DNA of 64,000 nucleotides, taken from NCBI GenBank assembly GCA_015661405.1, contig JACWMK010000007.1, positions 198 through 64,197 of the forward strand, written 5' to 3'. The notes below the pieces were generated by a model. The model searched no databases. It saw nothing but the letters and a program-made list of their open reading frames with translations, and was not told where the DNA came from. A program made the translations under genes and the position numbers. The stretch is from Methanobacterium sp. GTDB taxonomy: Archaea; Methanobacteriota; Methanobacteria; Methanobacteriales; Methanobacteriaceae. Each line of letters starts with the position of its first letter. The first letter of the stretch is position 1. Below, one piece after another: positions 1 through 9,065 of this stretch.

Positions 1-1385
1 ACTGAAGCGAATATAACTAGTTCGGGATTCTTTTGTTCCAAATATTCACTAGTTACTCCATTTTCTGCAATAAATTTATCATTCAATCCACCTAGATCTA
101 AAAAATTCCATCCGGAATAATAAGCTACAGCACCAGCATCTGCGAAGGCAACAGTATAGTTATCATCTGAGAATGGGGAGAGAGCTTTACCTATTGGTAT
201 ATATGAATTGTTAAAGCTTATTCCGTAATCATGTTGGATTTTAAGATCATTTATCCCGTTATAACTTGATAAAACTAACAATATAATTATTATAGCTGAA
301 GTAAGTATAATTCGTTTATTTTTTTCTGAATTTGTATTTTTATTTTTTTCTATTTCATTGAATAATATACTGATAGTTATTCCAAAAGTCAAATAAAACA
401 GTACAAATGTAGGATAAAAAAATCTTTGACTAAAATTCATAAGTGGAGTATTAACATATACTATATTAGCAAAAATGAACATTATTCCTAGAATTAGTAA
501 TAAATATTTAAAATTTTTTAGATTATTATTATTGATTTTAATTCCCTGTTTCTTAAAAAATAACGGGATTACTATGATTAATATAAAAGGTATTAAGTAA
601 AATAGGGCGTTTAAGAATTCAATTGGAAAAGTTATTCCATATACTATTTTTACCAAAAATGGTAACGGGAATAATGCATGGAAATATGAAACACGAAACA
701 CGTTGTAAATAATAATGGGAATTATATATAAAACCAAAATTGGTAAAAAGGAAGTTAAGTTGATTGAATTATTAATTTTTTTAATAGAAATATAAATAAG
801 TGACATTATCAACGCTAAAGATATCAATACTCCTTCCGGTCTAGTTAAGCTTAATAGAAGAGCTGATAATGCGAATAACCAAATAAACTTTGAACTAGGA
901 GATATAATTATCTGCCATGCACAATACATCACTCCCAATAATAGAAATGAGTAAAACATTGTTTCTAATCCAGAAACAGCATGAATAGCAGTATAAGGAT
1001 TAATGAGGAGAAAAATAGAACTCACAGTAAATGCGATGAGTGATTTTTTTCTATCTTTAAAGAAGTCATTTGTTATGAACCAAAATAAGAGAATAATCCC
1101 TAAAGCTGAAAATAATCCAATTACTTTTGTTGAGAATACAGGATTAAATTTAAAGAGGAATAAAAAGGATATTATTAAAATCCATAGAAAATTGGTATAC
1201 CCTTCAACCGGTGGTTGACTAATATTCCATACTACTCCAAATCCATTAGCCAGATGCTCACTATACCTAAAGGATATAAATGCATCATCTACAGTAAAAT
1301 TCCACACATATACTAACATCAAAATAAATAGTATAACAGAAACAAAAATACCAATAATACAAATATTTTTAGTATTTAATTCCAT
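1..1385 (-). CDS. Polytopic membrane glycosyltransferase, GT-C fold (ArnT/PMT-like). Partial: the 3' end runs off the window.
   Basis: My own reverse-strand translation from the ATG at 1385 gives MELNTKNICIIGIFVSVILFILMLVYVWNFTVDDAFISFRYSEHLANGFGVVWNISQPPVEGYT..., followed by many hydrophobic helices and no stop before position 1. The DDAFISFRY-type first-loop motif is typical of GT-C glycosyltransferases. It is absent from the ORF track because it is truncated. Confidence 0.6.
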   Translation of the reverse strand, partial: MELNTKNICIIGIFVSVILFILMLVYVWNFTVDDAFISFRYSEHLANGFGVVWNISQPPVEGYTNFLWILIISFLFLFKFNPVFSTKVIGLFSALGIILLFWFITNDFFKDRKKSLIAFTVSSIFLLINPYTAIHAVSGLETMFYSFLLLGVMYCAWQIIISPSSKFIWLFALSALLLSLTRPEGVLISLALIMSLIYISIKKINNSINLTSFLPILVLYIIPIIIYNVFRVSYFHALFPLPFLVKIVYGITFPIEFLNALFYLIPFILIIVIPLFFKKQGIKINNNNLKNFKYLLLILGIMFIFANIVYVNTPLMNFSQRFFYPTFVLFYLTFGITISILFNEIEKNKNTNSEKNKRIILTSAIIIILLVLSSYNGINDLKIQHDYGISFNNSYIPIGKALSPFSDDNYTVAFADAGAVAYYSGWNFLDLGGLNDKFIAENGVTSEYLEQKNPELVIFAS

Positions 1386-1653
1386 AAATCCCTTTATTAA
1401 ATAATTCCTTATAAATCTTGCTATATTCTTTTTTATAAGCCCTTGAAAATTATTTATATCCATTTTTACAGGTGAAGTTAAATAAAAGTTAAAATGCGTT
1501 TTGTAATAAAATAGTTTAAAATGTATTTTATGAATTTGACTATAAAATTTCAATTAATAATAATTGTTTATATTCAATATGAGTTATATTAATTTTAATT
1601 TAAAATTAGTTTCATCCACTTTTATAATATTATTCATTAAAAGAGAAATTAAT

Positions 1654-3888
1654 ATGTCTAGAAAGAAGTTATTAACACAACTAGCCATAATATCAGCAAT
1701 ATTCCTCTTAGGATTTTTGATCAGGATAGATTCAGCATATATTCCTGGAGTACCTGCAGATGAAAAATCATTTTATGAGGATGCAAACAATCTTCCTTAT
1801 ATGTATGAGCTGGATTCTTATTATAACTATCGTTTAACAGATAATTTTATTAATCATGGTTATATGGGGGATACTATAATTAACGGTACTGATTGGGATT
1901 TACATTCCTATTATCCTCCAGGAGTACCTCTTGATTATCCCCCGCTTATTGTTTACTTATCAACTATTGCTTATTATCTAGTTAACTTATTCAGCAGAAC
2001 ATCCCTCCTTACCGTAGTATTCTGGTTGCCAGCATTTATAGGGCCGTTAAGTGGTGTGATTGCTTATTTACTAATGAGTAGATTTACAAATATTTATGGT
2101 GCTTTAGCTGCTGGAATTTTTGCTGTGACGGTACCTATTTTTGTTTTTAGAACGATAGCAGGATTCTTTACCACAGATATGTTCATTGTTTTTTTCCCGC
2201 TTTTAATTACATTATTTTACATAGAAGCTGTAAATAGTATTAATATAAAAAATAAGGTTCTATTAGCAATTATGGCGGCTTTTTCCATGTTCTTATTTGC
2301 TATGGGGTGGATTGGCTGGACATACCAATTTTATTTGATGATAATCTTCACTACATTCTATATTATAGGATTAAAACTGAAGGGGGATAATATACGAAAT
2401 TTAACCATAGTATTATTGACATTTTTTTCAGGTACACTATTACTGATTTATATTTTTATGGGAAAATTAAGTATCATTAATCTTTTTATGGATCCTTTGG
2501 AACTTTTATTGATATCCGGCACCCAAAATCCGTGGTATGATTGGCCTAATTTATATACTACTGTTTCTGAATTACAAAGGCCTTCTATGTTAATGATTAT
2601 TTCCGGATTGGGACTTGTATCAATTGGGGGTATTTTAGGTCTTTTCTGGATGTTTAGGGTTATGATCAATGATGTACTTAAAAAACGATTCTTAAAGGTT
2701 TTTTTCTATTTTTCTAGTTTTTTGGACATTGATTGGGTTTGTTTCACTTTTGGAAGGAGCTAGATTTATGATGTTGTTAGTATCACCCATGGTTATCAGT
2801 TCTGGAATCCTTATAGGCATAGTCGTAGGTTATCTTGATTTCCTTAAAGGTAGTAAAAATTTTCCAATATTTAAAAGAAGACCAGAATTTTTAACTGTGA
2901 TTGTTATTTTGATCATAATCTGGATAACTGTTCCTTCAGTTTTTTCTCTTGAGAAAACATTTTCAACCATGATTCCTTTAGCTAACGATGATTTAAGCAA
3001 TGCATCACAATGGATTAAAGAAAACACATCAATAAATACTGTTATAATATCTGATTGGAGTTATGGGCATTATTTCACTGCAATGGCTGATCGTCCGGTT
3101 ATTATGGATGGGAGAATGGGGTACATTGAAACATTACCTACAAGAAATTTTGATCCCACCGCTTATCCATTTGGTGATCAATCTCCAGGTATTTCAAGGG
3201 TTTACTGGGTTGATCATGCATTTTCAACGACAAATGAAAGTTTATCAGTTGGTATTTTCCAAATGTTATCTACTAGTGGAGATTTGGCTTATTTAACCTT
3301 GAATAATTATACTCACAATACTTCTCAAAGTGTAGAAATTTTAAATAATGTTTTGGGTGTTAATAAGAGTGTAGCTGGGATCATTTGAGTTATAGTCAGG
3401 CTTATACTATTTTGGAATATACTCATCCGGATAATGTACAGCCTTTTGTTGTAGTAACCACTTATGGAATGATGAATGAAGGTGGGAATATTTTTGAGTT
3501 TGGAGAATGGAATTTTAAAACAGATCAGGGATTGAATAGCACTTATTCTTTGGGTGAAATGAGTGTGAATAATGGATTTTTGGATAGTAATAATGGAGTT
3601 CATATGGATTTGCAAAATGAGAATATAACTTGGAATGGTAAAATACCATATTCTTTAGTTACTGTTACAAATGGAAAAATAGAGCAGCGTTATCTTGATG
3701 AAAATAGTAATTTTTCAATATTATTATTCATGGATGATAATGAATCTATTGTTATGGATAAACAATTTGATAATTCACTTTTTACTAAAATTATACTTGA
3801 AAAAGGTAATAGTTCTTATTTCAAACCAGTTTATAGTAATGATAATGTGGTGGTTTGGGAATTGAAATCAAATATTAATGATTCTTAA
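1654..3888 (+). pseudogene. aglB: AglB/STT3 archaeal oligosaccharyltransferase split into three frames by two frameshifts.
   Basis: The track ORFs 1564-2763 (frame 1), 2729-3388 (frame 2) and 3385-3888 (frame 1) together read as one STT3-like protein. It has an N-terminal multi-TM region (MSRKKLL... from the ATG at 1654), a WWDYG-type motif variant (DWSYGHYF) in the middle piece, and a soluble C-terminal domain. The frame switches fall at a T7 run (2699-2705) and a T3 run (3384-3386). Confidence 0.75.
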
Positions 3889-3977
3889 GGAAAGTAGTTT
3901 ATATAGAAAAATAGTGTTTATAATCCTTTAATGTTAAAATATTTCTTATTTAAAAAAAAATGTGTATAGTGGAAAGT

Positions 3978-4151
3978 TTATAGTCTGTTTATTGTTGTGT
4001 CTCTGGCGGTGTTTACTACAGTAGTGACATTACCTGCAACAGAGTTAGCTACATTTAACACCATAATTCCGACTACTATCACAAGTACTATCAAGCCACC
4101 TATTAATAAGATCATCTCTGCGCTTATCTGTGCTTTATCATCAAGATACAT
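3978..4151 (-). CDS. Class III signal peptide (archaeal type IV pilin-like) small protein, 57 aa.
   Basis: My translation gives MYLDDKAQISAEMILLIGGLIVLVIVVGIMVLNVANSVAGNVTTVVNTARDTTINRL. It has a short charged leader, a Q-x-S-x-E-x-x-x-L-type motif and a hydrophobic helix. It is below the ORF-track size cut-off. Confidence 0.6.
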   Translation of the reverse strand: MYLDDKAQISAEMILLIGGLIVLVIVVGIMVLNVANSVAGNVTTVVNTARDTTINRL

Positions 4152-4187
4152 CTGCTTTCCACTAAAATAATTTAAGTTATTATTTAA

Positions 4188-4335
4188 TTATACACTGGCT
4201 CTGACATTGTTTATGTCTGATGATGCACTTAAAGAGGTGTTAGTATTGAAGTAAGCTCTGTAGATCAGTAATGCGGCTATGGCTATGACGATTACTCCTC
4301 CAAAAAGTAAGATGTATTCAGCTGCTCCTTGTCCA
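4188..4335. repeat. Direct repeat copy 1 (about 145 bp, near-identical to 4518-4665).
   Basis: By-eye alignment of 4191-4333 against 4521-4663 shows only scattered mismatches. It covers the mature part of the two pilin-like paralogues, and identity drops in the leader-coding part. Confidence 0.8.
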
Positions 4336-4358
4336 CCTTCATCTTTTACGATATCCAT
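4188..4358 (-). CDS. Class III signal peptide (pilin-like) small protein, 56 aa, paralogue A.
   Basis: My translation gives [63 protein letters not shown] Shine-Dalgarno-like sequence lies upstream. Confidence 0.6.
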   Translation of the reverse strand: MDIVKDEGGQGAAEYILLFGGVIVIAIAALLIYRAYFNTNTSLSASSDINNVRASV

Positions 4359-4517
4359 TTTTTTTATTCCTCCAAAAATTTTTTTAGGAATTTAAAAGAA
4401 TTCCATTATAAACATTTACAATCACTTATATAAAGATTTATGTTTCAGATTGAGTTCAGTTGAACATTAATTATTTTAAATAGAAAACATCATTAAATAG
4501 AGATGTTTTTACATGAA

Positions 4518-4665
4518 CTATACACTAGTTCTGATATGACTTATGTCTGATGATGCACTTAAAGAGGTGTTAGTATTGAAGTAAGCTCTGTAGATTAATA
4601 ATGCAGCTATGGCTATGACGATTACTCCCCCAAAAAGTAAGATGTATTCAGCTGCCCCTTGCCCC
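4518..4665. repeat. Direct repeat copy 2 (pairs with 4188-4335).
   Basis: Same alignment as for copy 1. Confidence 0.8.
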
Positions 4666-4688
4666 TTTACATCATTTATAAATTTCAT
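4518..4688 (-). CDS. Class III signal peptide (pilin-like) small protein, 56 aa, paralogue B.
   Basis: My translation gives [56 protein letters not shown]. An AGGAGGGG Shine-Dalgarno-like sequence lies directly upstream. Confidence 0.6.
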   Translation of the reverse strand: MKFINDVKGQGAAEYILLFGGVIVIAIAALLIYRAYFNTNTSLSASSDISHIRTSV

Positions 4689-4728
4689 TACATCCCCTCC
4701 TATAATATTTACTTTATTATTAATATTG

Positions 4729-4738
4729 TATATATAAA
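4729..4738 (-). promoter_or_regulatory. Candidate archaeal TATA box for pilin-like paralogue B.
   Basis: The reverse strand reads TTTATATATA about 41 nt upstream of the ATG at 4688. This fits a TATA box roughly 25 nt from the transcription start plus a short Shine-Dalgarno-containing leader. Confidence 0.35.
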
Positions 4739-4857
4739 TGCAAGTAATTTTTTTATTATTCTATATTTTAAAAATTTTTTTTCACAATAATATAGTATTT
4801 ATATAGTTCTTTGTGCAAAATATCACACATTAAATAATCAAATTGAGGTAATCTTTT

Positions 4858-5430
4858 ATGCCCAGAAATTACAAGTTGAAGGAATTAATCTTAGAATCTT
4901 TGGATGAAAGAGAATTATCTAAGAAAGAACTTTTAGATCATATAATAAAAAAATCTGATACTAATATTTCAGATAAAACTTTTAACGAGTCATTAATGAA
5001 TTTATTGAAGGATGGAAAAATCTGTATGATTGGTTACGATTTCGACGTTTATCATGGTGTTAAACGAATTCAATCCATAAGACCTGATGGAATCATATTT
5101 AGTATAGTTAAAACTGATTTTTTTGAAATTGAAACTCTCATTAAAAAGTTAGATGGTTCAGAAGAAGAGGTTAAAAACTCTTCTTTTAAAATTAAAAGAA
5201 TTTTCAGAAATAAAATTAGGGAATTACAAGAAAACGGAGTGACTCTAGACAGTGGAGGTGCTGACACTCTTTTTAATAGAATAATTTATTACATTGATTC
5301 TCAGCCAGATAAACAGAAGAAAATATTAACCACTAAATTTGCATGGAGTTTAAGTGATGTTGAGGGAGAAGACGGATTTCTAGAGGACATTTTAAATTAT
5401 ATCAAAGTTCAAGGAATACTAGGAATTTAA
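4858..5430 (+). CDS. Hypothetical protein, possibly with an N-terminal winged-helix-like domain.
   Basis: A 190-aa ORF with a GAGGT Shine-Dalgarno sequence upstream. I recognise no family motif. Confidence 0.45.
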   Translation: MPRNYKLKELILESLDERELSKKELLDHIIKKSDTNISDKTFNESLMNLLKDGKICMIGYDFDVYHGVKRIQSIRPDGIIFSIVKTDFFEIETLIKKLDGSEEEVKNSSFKIKRIFRNKIRELQENGVTLDSGGADTLFNRIIYYIDSQPDKQKKILTTKFAWSLSDVEGEDGFLEDILNYIKVQGILGI

Positions 5431-5797
5431 AAATTTCAAAAAAATCAATTGATTTTAATCCAATATCAATTATTAATATTAAATTTTAACTCCCCTAATA
5501 CATTTTAATCTTTTTATAGGAATTAAGTTAATACGAAGACTATTATAAATAAAATTTTAAAAAAACATCCCGGAATACCTTTTTTTATATATCAAATCCT
5601 TCAAAAAAAGTTAATTTGAATTTAATGAATTTATTTTTTAGAAATATGTTTTAAGCGTTGAATTTACAACAATGATAATCCTACACATATGAATATGATG
5701 GTGATGATGAAGTAGAGATCATATGAATTAATAGAGGATAAGGGAAACCTTTATTATTTATAAAAATCCATAACATATTAATATTTGGAGGCAAAAG

Positions 5798-6988
5798 ATG
5801 TTCAATTTAATCATTACAATTATTGGTGTGTTTCTGCTTATTATAGGGTTTTATTTAATGTCTTTCGGATTTTCAACTCCACCTAACAGTTTATTTTTCT
5901 TTTTAGGGTTATGTATAGCTGTTTTTGGACTTATACTAGTAGTATTCTTTGTTAGTGGAGTTGAAACTTCTGGAAGAAGCTCTCCAATTCCAGGAAATGT
6001 ATCCAAAACAGAATCTAATAATAATCCTAGACCCAAACAGATGAAAATAGAGAAAATGGTTCCTATGCAAAATAAAAAAGAAGCTACTTTGGATAATATT
6101 AAGAAAACAATTAAATCAGAAGAACCAATTAAGCCAAAACCAAGAATTATTAATCCAAAAAAAGCTGAGCATCCTGAAAAACCTACTAAGCAAAAACCAA
6201 GTATTATGAATACAAAAAAAACTGAGCATCCTCTTGTCAACCAAAAATCTTCTAAAACTGAAGGAAAAACAGAATCTAAAGAGGAAAAAACCAAAAATAA
6301 TGAGCTTGCAAAATTAAATAAAACTGATGAATCAGAATCTACTCAAATGAAACCAATAAAAAAAATTCCTAAAAAGCCAGATATGACCAAATTAACTTCC
6401 ATGCGGCATGAAAAGGATGATGATTACGTTAAAAAAAGATTAGATCGTTTAAAGGCAAGTTACATTGAAAATGCTGAAGATATTGAAAGCATTATAGATG
6501 AACGATTAGATTCATTCAAGGGTACATTAGGCAAACTCAAATCAGAGTCTAAAGAACCAGGAATAATTTGGTCATTTGATGCTGATGATGTTAAGGAAGC
6601 TATGGTAGATACAATTTCTAAAACTAATAATAGATTATTAATGATGTATCCTTGGATTAGGAATATAGATGTTAGTACCTTAAAGAAATTCATGGAAACT
6701 GACAGTTGCATTATCATACAGGAGGCTAGTTTAGATGATGATGCTTCAGTAGAACTTTTAAAATTGTTAATAGATAAAAAGGTTAAAATAAGAACTATGC
6801 CACATGTTCACACCATAGCTATAGTTTCCGATAATAAAAATGGGTTAATAATATCCACTGATCCCATATATGATAGTTACGAAGTAGGTGTAATTTATAG
6901 GGATCAAAAGTCAATAGAAGAAATAGAGAGATTGTTTAAAGATGCATGGAGCATTTCTCAAGATATTGACTTGGAGATTAAATCATGA
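5798..6988 (+). CDS. Membrane-anchored protein with a Lys/Pro/Glu-rich linker and a C-terminal globular domain.
   Basis: A 396-aa ORF with a GGAGG Shine-Dalgarno sequence. It has two N-terminal TM helices, then a low-complexity K/P/E region containing an imperfect 39-nt repeat (6137-6175 and 6194-6232). The C-terminal half is structured. Its stop overlaps the next start (ATGA). Confidence 0.55.
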   Translation: MFNLIITIIGVFLLIIGFYLMSFGFSTPPNSLFFFLGLCIAVFGLILVVFFVSGVETSGRSSPIPGNVSKTESNNNPRPKQMKIEKMVPMQNKKEATLDNIKKTIKSEEPIKPKPRIINPKKAEHPEKPTKQKPSIMNTKKTEHPLVNQKSSKTEGKTESKEEKTKNNELAKLNKTDESESTQMKPIKKIPKKPDMTKLTSMRHEKDDDYVKKRLDRLKASYIENAEDIESIIDERLDSFKGTLGKLKSESKEPGIIWSFDADDVKEAMVDTISKTNNRLLMMYPWIRNIDVSTLKKFMETDSCIIIQEASLDDDASVELLKLLIDKKVKIRTMPHVHTIAIVSDNKNGLIISTDPIYDSYEVGVIYRDQKSIEEIERLFKDAWSISQDIDLEIKS

Positions 6989-7683
6989 TAATTAAGTGGC
7001 TTGGACATTCCGCATTTCAGATTATCACTAATTATAACCTTAAAATTCTCATAGATCCATTTATAAGCAATAACCCTACTTCACCTTTAACTGCAGAAGA
7101 GTTAAATGCTGATTTAATTCTGGTAACTCATGGGCATCAGGATCACTTTGGGGATACTATGGAAATAGCTAATCGAACTGGTGCTCTTATAATTGCAAAT
7201 CATGAAACTTCAATTTTTCTTTCAAAACAGGGTTTAAATACTCAGGGAATGAATATTGGAGGTTCCATGGATGTTCAGGATATTGAAGTTACAATGGTGA
7301 ATGCTAATCATTCTTCCGGATTGGATTTTATGGATGAAACTGCTGATGGCGGAATAGCCTGCGGGTATATATTAAAACTCGAAAATGGTAGGAAAATCTA
7401 TCACTCAGGAGATACTGGAATATTTGGCGATATGAAAATGGTTATAAGGGATATTTATCAACCGAATATAGTATTGCTGCCTATAGGGGATCTTTATACT
7501 ATGGGTATTGAAGAGGCAGCTATTGCTGCGGATTGGATTTCACCAGAAGTTTTAATCCCTATGCATTATAATACTTTCCCTTTAATTGAGCAAAATCCAT
7601 TGGAGTTTGCTGAGATGGTTGAATCCTTGAATCCTAATATTAATGTTGTGATTATGGAGCCGGGTGAATTTTACGAGGAATGA
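6985..7683 (+). CDS. UPF0173-type metal-dependent hydrolase (metallo-beta-lactamase fold).
   Basis: The N-terminus MIIKWLGHSAFQI and the motif VTHGHQDHFGD (HxHxDH) are typical of this family. Confidence 0.85.
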   Translation: MIIKWLGHSAFQIITNYNLKILIDPFISNNPTSPLTAEELNADLILVTHGHQDHFGDTMEIANRTGALIIANHETSIFLSKQGLNTQGMNIGGSMDVQDIEVTMVNANHSSGLDFMDETADGGIACGYILKLENGRKIYHSGDTGIFGDMKMVIRDIYQPNIVLLPIGDLYTMGIEEAAIAADWISPEVLIPMHYNTFPLIEQNPLEFAEMVESLNPNINVVIMEPGEFYEE

Positions 7684-7697
7684 TGTAGTTGGTGAGC

Positions 7698-8330
7698 ATG
7701 CCTAGATTTTTAAAACGGAAATTTTTCAAAGACTTAATTAATAAGCTCTTTGGAAATGATAAAAAACTTAAAATAGGATTTTATGGTCATCCTAACTCTG
7801 GTAAAACTACTTTAGCTAATCGGATGACTAATGATTGGATTGGTAAACCTATTGGTTTAGTTTCAGAGATTCCCCATGAAACTAGAAGGGTTTATCGTCA
7901 GGAGCATGTTACTTTAAGTCATGATGATCTGGAATTGGATTTCGATATTATTGATACTCCTGGAATAGCCACTAAAATTGATTATAAAAATTTCCTTGAA
8001 TTTGGCTTATCTGAAACTGAAGCTAAAGAGAGGGCTAAAGAAGCTACTAAAGGTATTATTGAGGCTATTAAATGGTTGGATGATGTGACTGGTGTTTTAT
8101 TAGTTATTGATTCAACTAAGGATCCTTTGACTCAGGCCAACATCACTATAATGGGAAATCTTGAGGCACGTAAGATTCCATTTATAATTGTGGCTAATAA
8201 AATTGACCTTCCTGAGGCTTCTCCTGATAAAATTCACTCAGTATTCCCTCAGCATACGGTGATACCCATTTCTGCTTTGCAAGGTGAACATATAAGCGAT
8301 CTTTATCAAGCTATGGTAGATAAATTCTAA
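7698..8330 (+). CDS. Small GTP-binding protein (P-loop GTPase).
   Basis: It carries G1 [10 protein letters not shown]3 DTPG and G4 NKID motifs. The ATG at 7698 lies in frame with the track ORF that starts at 7689. Confidence 0.8.
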   Translation: MPRFLKRKFFKDLINKLFGNDKKLKIGFYGHPNSGKTTLANRMTNDWIGKPIGLVSEIPHETRRVYRQEHVTLSHDDLELDFDIIDTPGIATKIDYKNFLEFGLSETEAKERAKEATKGIIEAIKWLDDVTGVLLVIDSTKDPLTQANITIMGNLEARKIPFIIVANKIDLPEASPDKIHSVFPQHTVIPISALQGEHISDLYQAMVDKF

Positions 8331-8372
8331 TAATATGGGATTAAATAAGTTTTTTTTTGAGGTTAAAAAAAT

Positions 8373-8753
8373 ATGGATGCTAATACGAATGGTTTGAAAA
8401 TGGATTTCCTATCATCATCTATGCTTAACTCAAGTACTAGTATGGAGAAAATTTCCATGATAGTGAATAGAGTAAAAAATGGAGATTTAGTGGTTATAGA
8501 AGGAGGATTAACTCCTGAAGAAGAAGCGGAGCTCATTGAGGCCACTATGAGGGAAATAGATGTAGATAACTTTATGGGAATCGATATTTATACACTGGAA
8601 AAGGATAAAAAATCTTTTTTCGGACTTTCAAAAAGTAAAATCGTAGGTATAACCATTATTGGTCCGGCTAATGTAATGAAGGCTGTTAAGAAAAAATCTA
8701 ACTTCCTCTCCATGATAGCTAACCTCGGTGATTTGAATGCATCGATGCATTAA
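8373..8753 (+). CDS. Conserved archaeal protein of unknown function (DUF2073-like).
   Basis: A 126-aa ORF immediately after the GTPase. The family name is from memory of this conserved archaeal triad and was not searched. Confidence 0.55.
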   Translation: MDANTNGLKMDFLSSSMLNSSTSMEKISMIVNRVKNGDLVVIEGGLTPEEEAELIEATMREIDVDNFMGIDIYTLEKDKKSFFGLSKSKIVGITIIGPANVMKAVKKKSNFLSMIANLGDLNASMH

Positions 8754-9033
8754 ATGCCACTCTGAATTTGAAGGTTCAGAGGATATTATTCAGAATGGAT
8801 GTCCAAAATGCGGTAGTAAATTCTTTGAGTACACTCATCACGGTCAAGTTAAAGGAATAAAAGAGAGTAAAGGTGATTCTGTAGAAACTATAATGATAAA
8901 AGAGAATGGCATTTATGAAGTTAATTTATCCTCATTGATGGAGGATGATTCTATTATAATCTCAGATGAAGAGGGGAAATATTTAATTGATATAAATTTT
9001 TTATTAAAGAAGAAGTTAAGAGAGAAAAGATAA
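8737..9033 (+). CDS. Zn-ribbon protein (DUF2072-like).
   Basis: [11 protein letters not shown]...GCPKCGSKF gives two CxxC pairs. Its start overlaps the previous gene by 17 nt. Confidence 0.65.
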   Translation: MHRCIKCHSEFEGSEDIIQNGCPKCGSKFFEYTHHGQVKGIKESKGDSVETIMIKENGIYEVNLSSLMEDDSIIISDEEGKYLIDINFLLKKKLREKR

Positions 9034-9065
9034 ACCTATAAAAAAATGTTGAAATTTTTTAGATT

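Noticed and set aside
1003-1218. A 71-aa plus-strand ORF in the first 1.4 kb.
   Set aside because: It is embedded antisense in the long membrane glycosyltransferase ORF (1-1385, minus strand), which has a clear GT-C first-loop motif.
5686-5730. A GUGAUGA C-box-like motif and a 9-nt direct repeat CATATGAAT upstream of the gene starting at 5798.
   Set aside because: No downstream CUGA D box or terminal stem is present. The only ORF is 7 codons long. This is probably chance in an AT-rich spacer.
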